Counted from the stretch's first letter, positions 39,492-46,440 are shown. The stretch is 64,000 nucleotides of DNA from an uncultured virus (IMG/VR IMGVR_UViG_3300013137_002215) (IMGVR_UViG_3300013137_002215), one strand, 5' to 3'. Notes: generated by a model not told the origin, from the sequence alone. Program-made: numbers and translations.

Positions 39492-39538
39492 ATCACTCCC
39501 TATAAACCAGATAACTTTAGACGTGCAAAATCACCTCA

Positions 39539-39955
39539 TCACTCTTCAGAACCACAGAACAAATTAATAATTTTTTCGTCTCTTATCAATTTTTCTTCTT
39601 GGTCTTTCAGTTCATTAATTTTATCACGAAATTCCATGTTAACAAAATATCCATTTCTATCAAGTTGTCCTTCCATTTCATCGGGGTCATAAAGTCCTTT
39701 TGCTTGAAGTCTATGAAGAACATATCCTAGATTTCTCCTAGATAATACTTCGGAAACAAAATATGTAGAAGCTTCTTCATAAGTAGAAAACTCTTTATGA
39801 ATTTTTTCACCGTAAATAAGATAATGACAGCCAATACGTAAAAATTCAACCTTAGAATACCAATCCTTCCAAGATTTTTTATAAGGAAATGAGATAGTTC
39901 CACCTAGTTCAAGAAATTTTTTGATATCCATGATTATTCCCCACGATAATGACAA
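39539..39955 (-). CDS. hypothetical protein
   Basis: ORF track. Confidence 0.5.
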   Translation of the reverse strand: MSLSWGIIMDIKKFLELGGTISFPYKKSWKDWYSKVEFLRIGCHYLIYGEKIHKEFSTYEEASTYFVSEVLSRRNLGYVLHRLQAKGLYDPDEMEGQLDRNGYFVNMEFRDKINELKDQEEKLIRDEKIINLFCGSEE

Positions 39956-40002
39956 CCTACTGCTCCTATTTTTTTCATCCCCTATCTCTGCTCATGTGAT
40001 TA

Positions 40003-40377
40003 TTATATCCTAAATTTCAAAGGAGGCAATCTTTTTCTACCAGCCTCCATATTTTCTTCCATTATTTCTGGCTTAGTAGTATGAGTTGTAGTTTGTATTG
40101 GTATATCTGTCTTTCGTTTTTCTTGAACATTATATTTTATCTGTCTAACTGCAATTTCACTACATCGTTTTGTTTCTGGCTGTTCACTTGGAGCATAAGG
40201 AATGGCATTTTTCCAATTATCGGGCAATTCATTTATATTGGTAATTAATATTATATCTGCCCTTCCAAACTCTTTAATTTCCTGCTCCGAATTAGCCAAT
40301 GCAATATCTTCGGCTTCTTTTTCATTATTTGCCATTACACATATTTCTGTCCATATCTTTGCTTTATAGAGTTGCAT
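40003..40377 (-). CDS. hypothetical protein
   Basis: ORF track. Confidence 0.55.
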   Translation of the reverse strand: MQLYKAKIWTEICVMANNEKEAEDIALANSEQEIKEFGRADIILITNINELPDNWKNAIPYAPSEQPETKRCSEIAVRQIKYNVQEKRKTDIPIQTTTHTTKPEIMEENMEAGRKRLPPLKFRI

Positions 40378-40648
40378 TTTTGGCTATATCAATCAATTTG
40401 GTATGTTCGCTTACTTCAAATTTTGCAAATTTAGACAAATATTTTAACATAACTTCTTTTCTTGATTTAGATAAAAAAGCGGTAAAGTCCCAAACAATAG
40501 ATTCATCAGTAACTAATGCTTCAGGATGCCCCAATAACTTTAGAATCATGTTTATTTGTTTTTTATAACTACTTATATCGTTAGTTTCTGCCAATTCAAA
40601 TTTTAGATTTTTGTTTTTTAATAATTTTTGAGCTTTTATCATTCTCAT
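40364..40648 (-). CDS. hypothetical protein
   Basis: HPEALVTDES..DF. Confidence 0.55.
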   Translation of the reverse strand: MRMIKAQKLLKNKNLKFELAETNDISSYKKQINMILKLLGHPEALVTDESIVWDFTAFLSKSRKEVMLKYLSKFAKFEVSEHTKLIDIAKNATL

Positions 40649-40767
40649 TTATTAATCCTAAATATTTAGATCTTTGTATCTCTATTTCTAGTGGTGATGT
40701 GCCTTGAATTTCTAATAGTTGTTCTTTATAGCGCCATAGTATAAATTTATCTTTGTTCGTCACATAG

Positions 40768-41416
40768 TTATTCTACAGTTTCTACGTCCTTTTCTTTAAA
40801 TTCAACACTAACACTGTCCATAAATCTTTTAATATCCCAAAAAGAAAAAGGATAAAAATTGTTATTATCTACACCAACATCAACAGATCTATAAAAGGGT
40901 TTTAAATTACTATGACTATGAGCAAAACAATGCCAACTTAATCTAAAAGCATTAGGCCAACTTCTTAATGAATAATGACTTAATATCATCATTTGCCCAT
41001 TAATTGTAACAGTTTTTATAGTAGCTTCTGTTTTATCGGTTATATTGCCTATTATTGTTAATTTACCAGTCTTTAATAGGTTATTCAATAAGCCTTTTTG
41101 ATATGCTTGTCTTATAGGCTTATCATGATTTCCAAGTAATAATATTTGTTTGCCATTTAACTGTTCTATTTGACTTACTACATACTCTGCGGAACATCTA
41201 TATCCAATATCGCCTAAATTATAAACAATATCATTTTCTTTAACCATTTCATTATGGTTTTTAATTAATATTCTATCCATCTCTTTATGATTAGCAAAAG
41301 GACGATTACAAAATCTAATTATATTTTCATGTCCTAAATAACTAATGAAAATCGGCGGTGAAAAAGACATTATTAGTGTCTCGCCCCCGATTTTCTAATT
41401 TTTCTCCTGTATTCAT
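40768..41416 (-). pseudogene. calcineurin-like metallophosphoesterase interrupted by a 7-nt insertion in motif I
   Basis: FFTADFH | TAGTTAT | LGHENII..RPF, LGD, GNHD, HSH, DVGVD. Confidence 0.75.
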
Positions 41417-41418
41417 TT

Positions 41419-41937
41419 CTATTTACCTTTCGCATTTTTTAACAGTTCCATAGCCGCAATTACAGTTTTCTCTAAAGTATTATATATAGAATAATCACCA
41501 TTATAACGCAACTTACCATCCTCAACCCACATTATATCGCAATAAGTTATTCTATAGGCATCATCGGGTCTTCCATATATAACCTTATGCCTGTTTGAAC
41601 CAATCCAATATCCTAATTCAAAATTTGTTGTAAGACCTATTAATTCTCTTGTTCTAGGCAACCAAAACATAATAACCTGAGACTTTCTTAGCCCTTCAAA
41701 TTCCCACACAGGTATATCGTATCTATATTTATCAGAAACAGTTGGAATATCAAATTCTGGAACAATAATATTACCTTCAAAATTACGTATTTTAAAAATC
41801 TCTATAGCATCAGGTCGCCAAGATTTTAAATGGGTTTGATTTCCGCGCACCGTACATCCTGCCAGAAAAATCGTGGGCAGTTTAAAATCTATTGCCGACA
41901 TTGGAGTTTCATATTTTATAACATTCATCAGTAGCAA
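41419..41937 (-). CDS. nucleoside 2-deoxyribosyltransferase-like protein
   Basis: IFLAG, SWR, WE..L, VIMFW.PR, TTNFELG. Confidence 0.75.
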   Translation of the reverse strand: MLLMNVIKYETPMSAIDFKLPTIFLAGCTVRGNQTHLKSWRPDAIEIFKIRNFEGNIIVPEFDIPTVSDKYRYDIPVWEFEGLRKSQVIMFWLPRTRELIGLTTNFELGYWIGSNRHKVIYGRPDDAYRITYCDIMWVEDGKLRYNGDYSIYNTLEKTVIAAMELLKNAKGK

Positions 41938-42215
41938 TCCGGAGGTAGTAGTGGACCATAAAATAATTCGCCATTACTTGCAATTTCATTTACTGGTCCA
42001 ATTCCTTCACCACCTATATACAATATCTCATCTTTATTAGAAGCATTTATTTCTATTATTATTGGAATGTCATTATTTTTAATTTTCCACCAATAGAATC
42101 CACTTTCTGTTGGTTTTTTATTTTGCCATACTAAGTAGATTTCTTTATCTTTCAATTCGCCGCATAGCCCTTCAGCTTTTAAATTATCGCAAGTTCTAGT
42201 GAAATAATTATCCAT
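41928..42215 (-). CDS. hypothetical protein
   Basis: W...KPTESGFYWW...GPL.PP. Confidence 0.55.
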   Translation of the reverse strand: MDNYFTRTCDNLKAEGLCGELKDKEIYLVWQNKKPTESGFYWWKIKNNDIPIIIEINASNKDEILYIGGEGIGPVNEIASNGELFYGPLLPPDCY

Positions 42216-42411
42216 TTTTAATCCATTCTTCTAATTTTTCATAACAATCTTTACATAAATGATATTTCTCAACCACACATGAATTTTTCTTTATAGAACA
42301 GTTAGAGAAACAAAATTAATTATCTGAACAATTAATAGGTGGCGACAATATTATTCCACCAAAATCATTTAATTCTTTAGAACATTTGTCACACTTAGGA
42401 TTTATAGGCAT
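42208..42411 (-). pseudogene. small CxxC...CxxC protein with an in-frame TAA
   Basis: MPINPKCDKC...SPPINCSDN*FCF...KYHLCKDCY...KNG*. Confidence 0.55.
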
Positions 42412-42413
42412 TT

Positions 42414-42596
42414 TCAAGCATACCATTTATCTACTTCATTATATACATCTATAACTTTTTTATAACCTAATTCTACTAACAAATTACACAGTAAATCATC
42501 TGCATTACCATGTGCTACTTCGGTATCGCCATTATCGATACATTCTTTCATAGCTCTAATGGCATTTTCTTCAAATGGCAAATATTTATCTTTCAT
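42414..42596 (-). CDS. conserved small phage protein
   Basis: DTEVAHGNADDLLC..L..LGY...KWYA. Confidence 0.7.
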   Translation of the reverse strand: MKDKYLPFEENAIRAMKECIDNGDTEVAHGNADDLLCNLLVELGYKKVIDVYNEVDKWYA

Positions 42597-42808
42597 ATTA
42601 TTACTCCGCTAGTTTAAACCTGAAAGACATATTATTTTCTTTCAAAAGTGCTAAAAACGAATTTACTTTCTCACCTGTTATTTCCAGTATATCAGAATTA
42701 CAGAACTTTTTAACAATATCTTGTGCCTTGCCTGAAATAACAGTTATAATTGCTTTATTTTCTTGTGGTTTTGCTAATACTAATACGTCACGATCTGCAT
42801 TTATCATT

Positions 42809-43081
42809 TTATTTCTCCTCTATTATTTTAGACGGCGGTAATGTTATAAATACTTTAACTATGTCATAAAAAACATATGTCAATCCAGCACCCAAAATAA
42901 GAAACGTACTAAATGATATATCCTTAGAAATTACACTGGCCAACAACAATGTAAATAAAAACAAAGGAACTATTAATGTACAACCCAATATTGTCCATAA
43001 TGTCCTTATAAAACTAAATTTTGCAAGTTTCATATGTTTACCATGTTCTATGTTTTTCCGAAACCCACTCTTGACCATCAT
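42809..43081 (-). CDS. two-TM membrane protein
   Basis: Two hydrophobic stretches. Confidence 0.5.
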   Translation of the reverse strand: MMVKSGFRKNIEHGKHMKLAKFSFIRTLWTILGCTLIVPLFLFTLLLASVISKDISFSTFLILGAGLTYVFYDIVKVFITLPPSKIIEEK

Positions 43082-43457
43082 ATTCTTCTATTTCCCATTG
43101 TACACCATCTGGAATTTCTGTTATTTCTAATTTGGCACATCGTCCATTAGCCTTATCACCTAATTTTTCTACTGTTTTAATCAGTTCGGGATCGTCTCTC
43201 TCTATAGCACTATCACTAAAATAAGATTTATCATCATATTTACCATTTTTTAAAGGCTTAGTAGAATAATGAATAATAAGAGGAAGTCCGTCTTTTTCAG
43301 GATTATAGGGAATGAACTTATTAACATTTATATTTCCTTTATCATCTCTTTCTTCAATAAAAGCATATAGTTTTATACCCTTATTATTGGCATATTCCAT
43401 TACTCCAGCATAACTTAAACTAAATCCACCATAACATTTATTTACTGCTATTTTCAT
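43038..43457 (-). CDS. conserved phage hypothetical protein
   Basis: NKCYGGFSLS, RDDPEL..VEKLG..ANG, IEEYDG.E. Confidence 0.75.
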   Translation of the reverse strand: MKIAVNKCYGGFSLSYAGVMEYANNKGIKLYAFIEERDDKGNINVNKFIPYNPEKDGLPLIIHYSTKPLKNGKYDDKSYFSDSAIERDDPELIKTVEKLGDKANGRCAKLEITEIPDGVQWEIEEYDGQEWVSEKHRTW

Positions 43458-43680
43458 AATATCTCCTTATTCTAACTTTTTTGCCGTTTTGAAAATTATA
43501 ACCGCCCACTACTCCTGCTTCATATGACCAAATCATTAACTGAATATAATTATACCAAGGATGCAATCTTTTCATTTCCTTACACCATTTAACTAAACTA
43601 TCTATATCACAACCATGTTTTATTGAGTTGAAGTAATATTTTTTCATTTTATTTATCGTTTTATATTCGGTGCTGGTATT

Positions 43681-43707
43681 ATTATACATAGATTTTGGAT
43701 GTGTCAA
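43681..43707 (-). promoter_or_regulatory. promoter TTGACA-N15-TATAAT
   Basis: TTGACA CATCCAAAATCTATG TATAAT, just downstream of the last tRNA. Confidence 0.7.
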
Positions 43708-43713
43708 GTAAAA

Positions 43714-43786
43714 AGCCGATGATAGGATTTGAACCTACAACCTTCTCTATACCAAAGAGGAGCTATACCAATTTAGCTACATCGGC
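43714..43786 (-). tRNA. tRNA-Thr(GGT)
   Basis: GCCGATG acceptor; loop TT-GGT-AT; GGTTCAAATCC. Confidence 0.9.
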
Positions 43787-43789
43787 AAA

Positions 43790-44458
43790 TTATTTTCTAT
43801 AAGCGAATATTCTATAACATGACAAATTTCTTCTTCGTATCCTACCAACAGTACGACATATACTATTTACACTTGTTACTATTTGGCTCATATCTACTGT
43901 TTCGTGTTCTAATTCAAAATTATTTAATAACAATTTATTTGTATATAGTTCTACAATACTTTTATAATCAAAATTTCTTATATCAAACGTCAAAACAATG
44001 CATCCTTGTGGTTTAACAAAATCAATTATGTTTTTTATAGCTGGTTCGTGCCATTTTACAGGAAAATGCTCTAATACACTTATACAACACACGGCATCAA
44101 ATTTTTCTTTAATTGATGGACGCACAATATTGTCTTTAATATATTGCATATTAAGATTTAAAAGTTCATTATATTTATATGAATTAATACTAAAAATATC
44201 AGTACCAATCACCTTGTTAAATCCAGTATCTTTTAATATAAAAATTCCTGGTTGTGTATTACCAGTACCAACATCTAAAACAGATTTATTATTTGTGTTT
44301 TTAAAATAAGAAATTAACACGTCTCTAAGCCATTTATATTCGTAAACTCTTGACCACCAGCCATTACTAAAAAAGTCCCATTTTATTTTATTATATGTAA
44401 ATTCCTTCATAATAGAATCTGTGTTTATAAAATATCTACTTCTAAATATGTTGTTCAT
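43790..44458 (-). CDS. class I SAM methyltransferase located inside the tRNA array
   Basis: WSRVYEY.W, VLDVGTG, FDAVCCISVLEH; start moved to the ATG downstream of the tRNA. Confidence 0.8.
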   Translation of the reverse strand: MNNIFRSRYFINTDSIMKEFTYNKIKWDFFSNGWWSRVYEYKWLRDVLISYFKNTNNKSVLDVGTGNTQPGIFILKDTGFNKVIGTDIFSINSYKYNELLNLNMQYIKDNIVRPSIKEKFDAVCCISVLEHFPVKWHEPAIKNIIDFVKPQGCIVLTFDIRNFDYKSIVELYTNKLLLNNFELEHETVDMSQIVTSVNSICRTVGRIRRRNLSCYRIFAYRK

Positions 44459-44561
44459 GATATATAATTCTAAAAATTTAAAATGGTCCCTGTATTGTTT
44501 TCTATAGTAGATGTTTAAAATAACTATCACTAAGGAGGCATTATAAAGAAAAATAGAAAAA

Positions 44562-44647
44562 TGGTGCTGGTGGTGGGACTCGAACCCACATAGTCTTTCG
44601 ACCCGCATTAAGAGTGCGGCATTCCAAACCAATTGAATCACACCAGC
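44562..44647 (-). tRNA. tRNA-Lys(CTT), long variable arm, CCA encoded
   Basis: CCGCA CT-CTT-AA TGCGG; V-arm GTC-GAAA-GAC. Confidence 0.9.
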
Positions 44648-44656
44648 CAAAAGTAA

Positions 44657-44748
44657 TGGGGCTGGTAGGATTTGAACCTACGACGGAGGCTTACGCCATC
44701 TTCGCATTAAAAGTGCGATGTTTTCGACCAATCTTAACTTACAACCCC
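44657..44748 (-). tRNA. tRNA-Lys(TTT), long variable arm
   Basis: TCGCA CT-TTT-AA TGCGA; ~20-nt V region containing GGC-GTAA-GCC. Confidence 0.88.
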
Positions 44749-44757
44749 GCAAAAAAT

Positions 44758-44834
44758 TGGTGATCGGGAGAGGACTCGAACCTCTGATAAAACAGGGTGT
44801 AGACCTGTCGCAGTTGCCGCTGTGCCACCCGACC
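44758..44834 (-). tRNA. tRNA-Val(TAC), C33, CCA encoded
   Basis: ACAGG TC-TAC-AC CCTGT; A73. Confidence 0.85.
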
Positions 44835-44842
44835 TAAAAATA

Positions 44843-44921
44843 TGGAGCGGGAGATGGGATTTAAACCCACGTAAAAATCTACACTGGCAATGTAGTGCCT
44901 GAATCACTAGGCTACTCCCGC
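44843..44921 (-). tRNA. tRNA-Gly(GCC), CCA encoded
   Basis: GCGGGAG acceptor, U73; CTACA TT-GCC-AG TGTAG. Confidence 0.88.
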
Positions 44922-44923
44922 AA

Positions 44924-45004
44924 AGCCGGAAGTGGGACTCGAACCCACGGTGTTTGTGTACCTGATTACGGATCAGGTGTAGTCGCCTCTGATACCATTC
45001 CGGC
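44924..45004 (-). tRNA. tRNA-Thr(CGT), C33, enlarged variable region
   Basis: GCCGGAA acceptor; CCTGA TC-CGT-AA TCAGG. Confidence 0.87.
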
Positions 45005-45014
45005 AAAAAAATAA

Positions 45015-45104
45015 AGCCGACAGTTGGATTCGGACCAACGCGGAAAGCTTTAAACTTTCGTCAGATTACAGATCTGATACTTTCAACCTCTCAGTCATGT
45101 CGGC
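45015..45104 (-). tRNA. tRNA-Thr(TGT), C33, long variable arm
   Basis: GCCGACA acceptor; TCAGA TC-TGT-AA TCTGA; V-arm GAAAG...CTTTC. Confidence 0.85.
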
Positions 45105-45109
45105 ATAAA

Positions 45110-45190
45110 TGCGGGTAGAGAGAATTGAACTCTCATCCTCTGCTTGGAGGGCAGTAATAATACGCTTTCGCTCCATTATACTATACCCGC
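45110..45190 (-). tRNA. tRNA-Gly(TCC), C33, hairpin inserted in D-loop
   Basis: GCGGGTA acceptor; CTGC CC-TCC-AA GCAG; D-loop insert GC-GAAA-GC. Confidence 0.85.
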
Positions 45191-45195
45191 AAAAT

Positions 45196-45272
45196 TGGTA
45201 GGCGTGAGTGGAGTTGAACCACCGTTAGAGCCTTATAAGGACCCCGTTCTAAAACCGTTGAACTACACGCCC
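45196..45272 (-). tRNA. tRNA-Ile(TAT), CCA encoded
   Basis: GGGTC CT-TAT-AA GGCTC; A73. Confidence 0.88.
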
Positions 45273-45274
45273 AT

Positions 45275-45303
45275 AAAAGGGTTTATTTTCATAACAAACC
45301 CTT
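45275..45303 (-). terminator. terminator-like hairpin inside the tRNA array
   Basis: AAGGGTTTGTT-loop-AATAAACCCTT, ending in a short T run. Confidence 0.5.
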
Positions 45304-45345
45304 ATTACCTCCCTAATATTCGATTTTAAAAGAACTCAAAAGATC

Positions 45346-45553
45346 CATAGTACTCAAGGATTTCACGCCGTTCTATATCAGATGCCTCCGATATAATCTA
45401 TCTTTTTCCTATGCGGTACTTAAGGATTTCACCAATGTTCTTGCTTAGAATGCCTTCTTAGCAATCTCTCTTTTTCCCATATTATTTATCTACTCATAAT
45501 AGATCAGGTTTTGCTGCCGTTTCCTTTCCCACCTGAAGTCTCTGTTTAACGGC
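45346..45553 (-). ncRNA. unclassified structured RNA: pseudoknot element plus two tandem ~68-nt homologous units
   Basis: Units share GGAAAAAGA.AGAT-[hairpin, GGCA loop]-GAAC..GTGAAATCCTTRAGTAC; stems differ in sequence but keep pairing. Confidence 0.65.
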
Positions 45554-45566
45554 TTGTAATAAATTT

Positions 45567-45658
45567 TGGTGGAGCAGGTGACGCTTGAAGTCACATTAAA
45601 ATGTCCAAAGACATGCCAGAGTGCAAATCTGGTGGACTGCCTCTTGTCCTACTGCCCC
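45567..45658 (-). tRNA. tRNA-Ala(TGC), long variable arm, CCA encoded
   Basis: G3:U70; CCAGA TT-TGC-AC TCTGG; V-arm ATGTC-TTTG-GACAT. Confidence 0.9.
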
Positions 45659-45670
45659 ACATTAATCAAA

Positions 45671-45683
45671 TTTTTAAAGAACA
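45671..45683 (-). promoter_or_regulatory. boxA-like antitermination element
   Basis: TGTTCTTTAAAAA in the first inter-tRNA spacer. Confidence 0.6.
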
Positions 45684-45693
45684 AACCAAATTC

Positions 45694-45769
45694 TGGTGGA
45701 GGAGAGCGGTAATGATCCGCTATTTTCGGTTTTTCAGACCGACACATACACCATGTTTGTTACTCCTCC
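45694..45769 (-). tRNA. tRNA-Phe(GAA), atypical T-loop, CCA encoded
   Basis: TCGGT CT-GAA-AA ACCGA; T-loop ATCATTA. Confidence 0.88.
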
Positions 45770-45770
45770 T

Positions 45771-45807
45771 AAAAAACAAAAAAGCCCGATTTAAAAATCG
45801 GGCTTTT
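45771..45807 (-). terminator. attenuator terminator (3:4 helix + U tract) directly before the first tRNA
   Basis: AAAAGCCCGATTT-TT-AAATCGGGCTTTT then TTGTTTTTT. Confidence 0.9.
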
Positions 45808-45829
45808 CCTATTCAATTTTCCTATAAAT

Positions 45830-45913
45830 TTAGCTTTTTACAGGAAAAGCCCGTTTACAACCGGCGAATTTTCCGGTTATAACCTTTACTGCTTTTCCTG
45901 TCGTCGCTAACAT
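45830..45913 (-). CDS. attenuator leader peptide MLATTGKAVKVITGKFAGCKRAFPVKS
   Basis: AGGA RBS 8 nt upstream; codons cognate to the downstream tRNAs; overlaps attenuator segments 1 and 2. Confidence 0.85.
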   Translation of the reverse strand: MLATTGKAVKVITGKFAGCKRAFPVKS

Positions 45914-45942
45914 AATCATTTTCCTATACTTGTTATTCTAAG

Positions 45943-45969
45943 ATTATATAACTTTTCCTGCTTTGTCAA
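45943..45969 (-). promoter_or_regulatory. promoter of the tRNA operon (TTGACA-N15-TATAAT)
   Basis: TTGACA AAGCAGGAAAAGTTA TATAAT. Confidence 0.75.
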
Positions 45970-45985
45970 CCACTAAAATAAAAAA

Positions 45986-46420
45986 TTATTCTTTCTTATG
46001 TTCTTCAATATTATCCGTATCAATTAATTTTAAATCTGGTTGATCTGCTGATATTTTCTTAATAAATGGAGTTGCATTAGCTTCCACATTATTTCCGTTA
46101 TTATCCGTAGTAGCCAATGTGTCCTTATCTATTTCTACAATTTGTGGACCATTATTTAACTCTGGTTCTACTAATTTTGGTCTAAAATCTGCCTTTACTT
46201 TATTTTTTGACTTACCTGTTTTACTTTCTTCTTCGCCCTGTATCTTATTCAAAAAATAAAACAAATTACCGATTAGAAATTTATATCCGCCTCTCCAATC
46301 GTGAAAATCTTCTGTTCCATCTTCGGTTTCTTTAAATCCACATAAAAAGAAATCCTTAACGCCATGATGTTCGACTTCACTTACATTATCGCCCTCTTCT
46401 GGAATTATTTTAACTATCAT
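45986..46420 (-). CDS. hypothetical protein
   Basis: AAGGAG RBS. Confidence 0.6.
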   Translation of the reverse strand: MIVKIIPEEGDNVSEVEHHGVKDFFLCGFKETEDGTEDFHDWRGGYKFLIGNLFYFLNKIQGEEESKTGKSKNKVKADFRPKLVEPELNNGPQIVEIDKDTLATTDNNGNNVEANATPFIKKISADQPDLKLIDTDNIEEHKKE

Positions 46421-46440
46421 TTTATTTCTCCTTTTTATTT

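Noticed and set aside
44758..44834. Amber suppressor (CTA) reading of the loop TCTACAC, implying a recoded genome
   Set aside because: The 5-bp stem centres TAC, the leader peptide contains GTA, and long genes read intact in the standard code with TAG used as a stop.
45015..45104. tRNA-Tyr(GTA), suggested by the long V-arm and CTGTAA
   Set aside because: Numbering from the D-stem puts TGT at 34-36, and the GCCGACA acceptor is Thr-like.
45346..45481. CRISPR mini-array or hammerhead ribozyme
   Set aside because: Only two units, whose variable parts are paired stems rather than spacers; no CUGANGA core.
45504..45553. HDV-like/theta ribozyme downstream of tRNA-Ala
   Set aside because: The P1/P2 order fits, but the segment that should form P3/L3 (GGGAAAGGA) cannot pair and P1.1 is absent.
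44459..45882. ORF-track entries over the tRNA region (5' extension of 43790-44650, 44734-45006, 45144-45329, 45601-45882)
   Set aside because: They overlap tRNA genes or the attenuator and are spurious.
45800..45960. Repeated AGGAAAA as CsrA or repressor sites
   Set aside because: Several copies are explained by the RBS, Gly-Lys codons and attenuator pairing; an extra role for the rest is unsupported.
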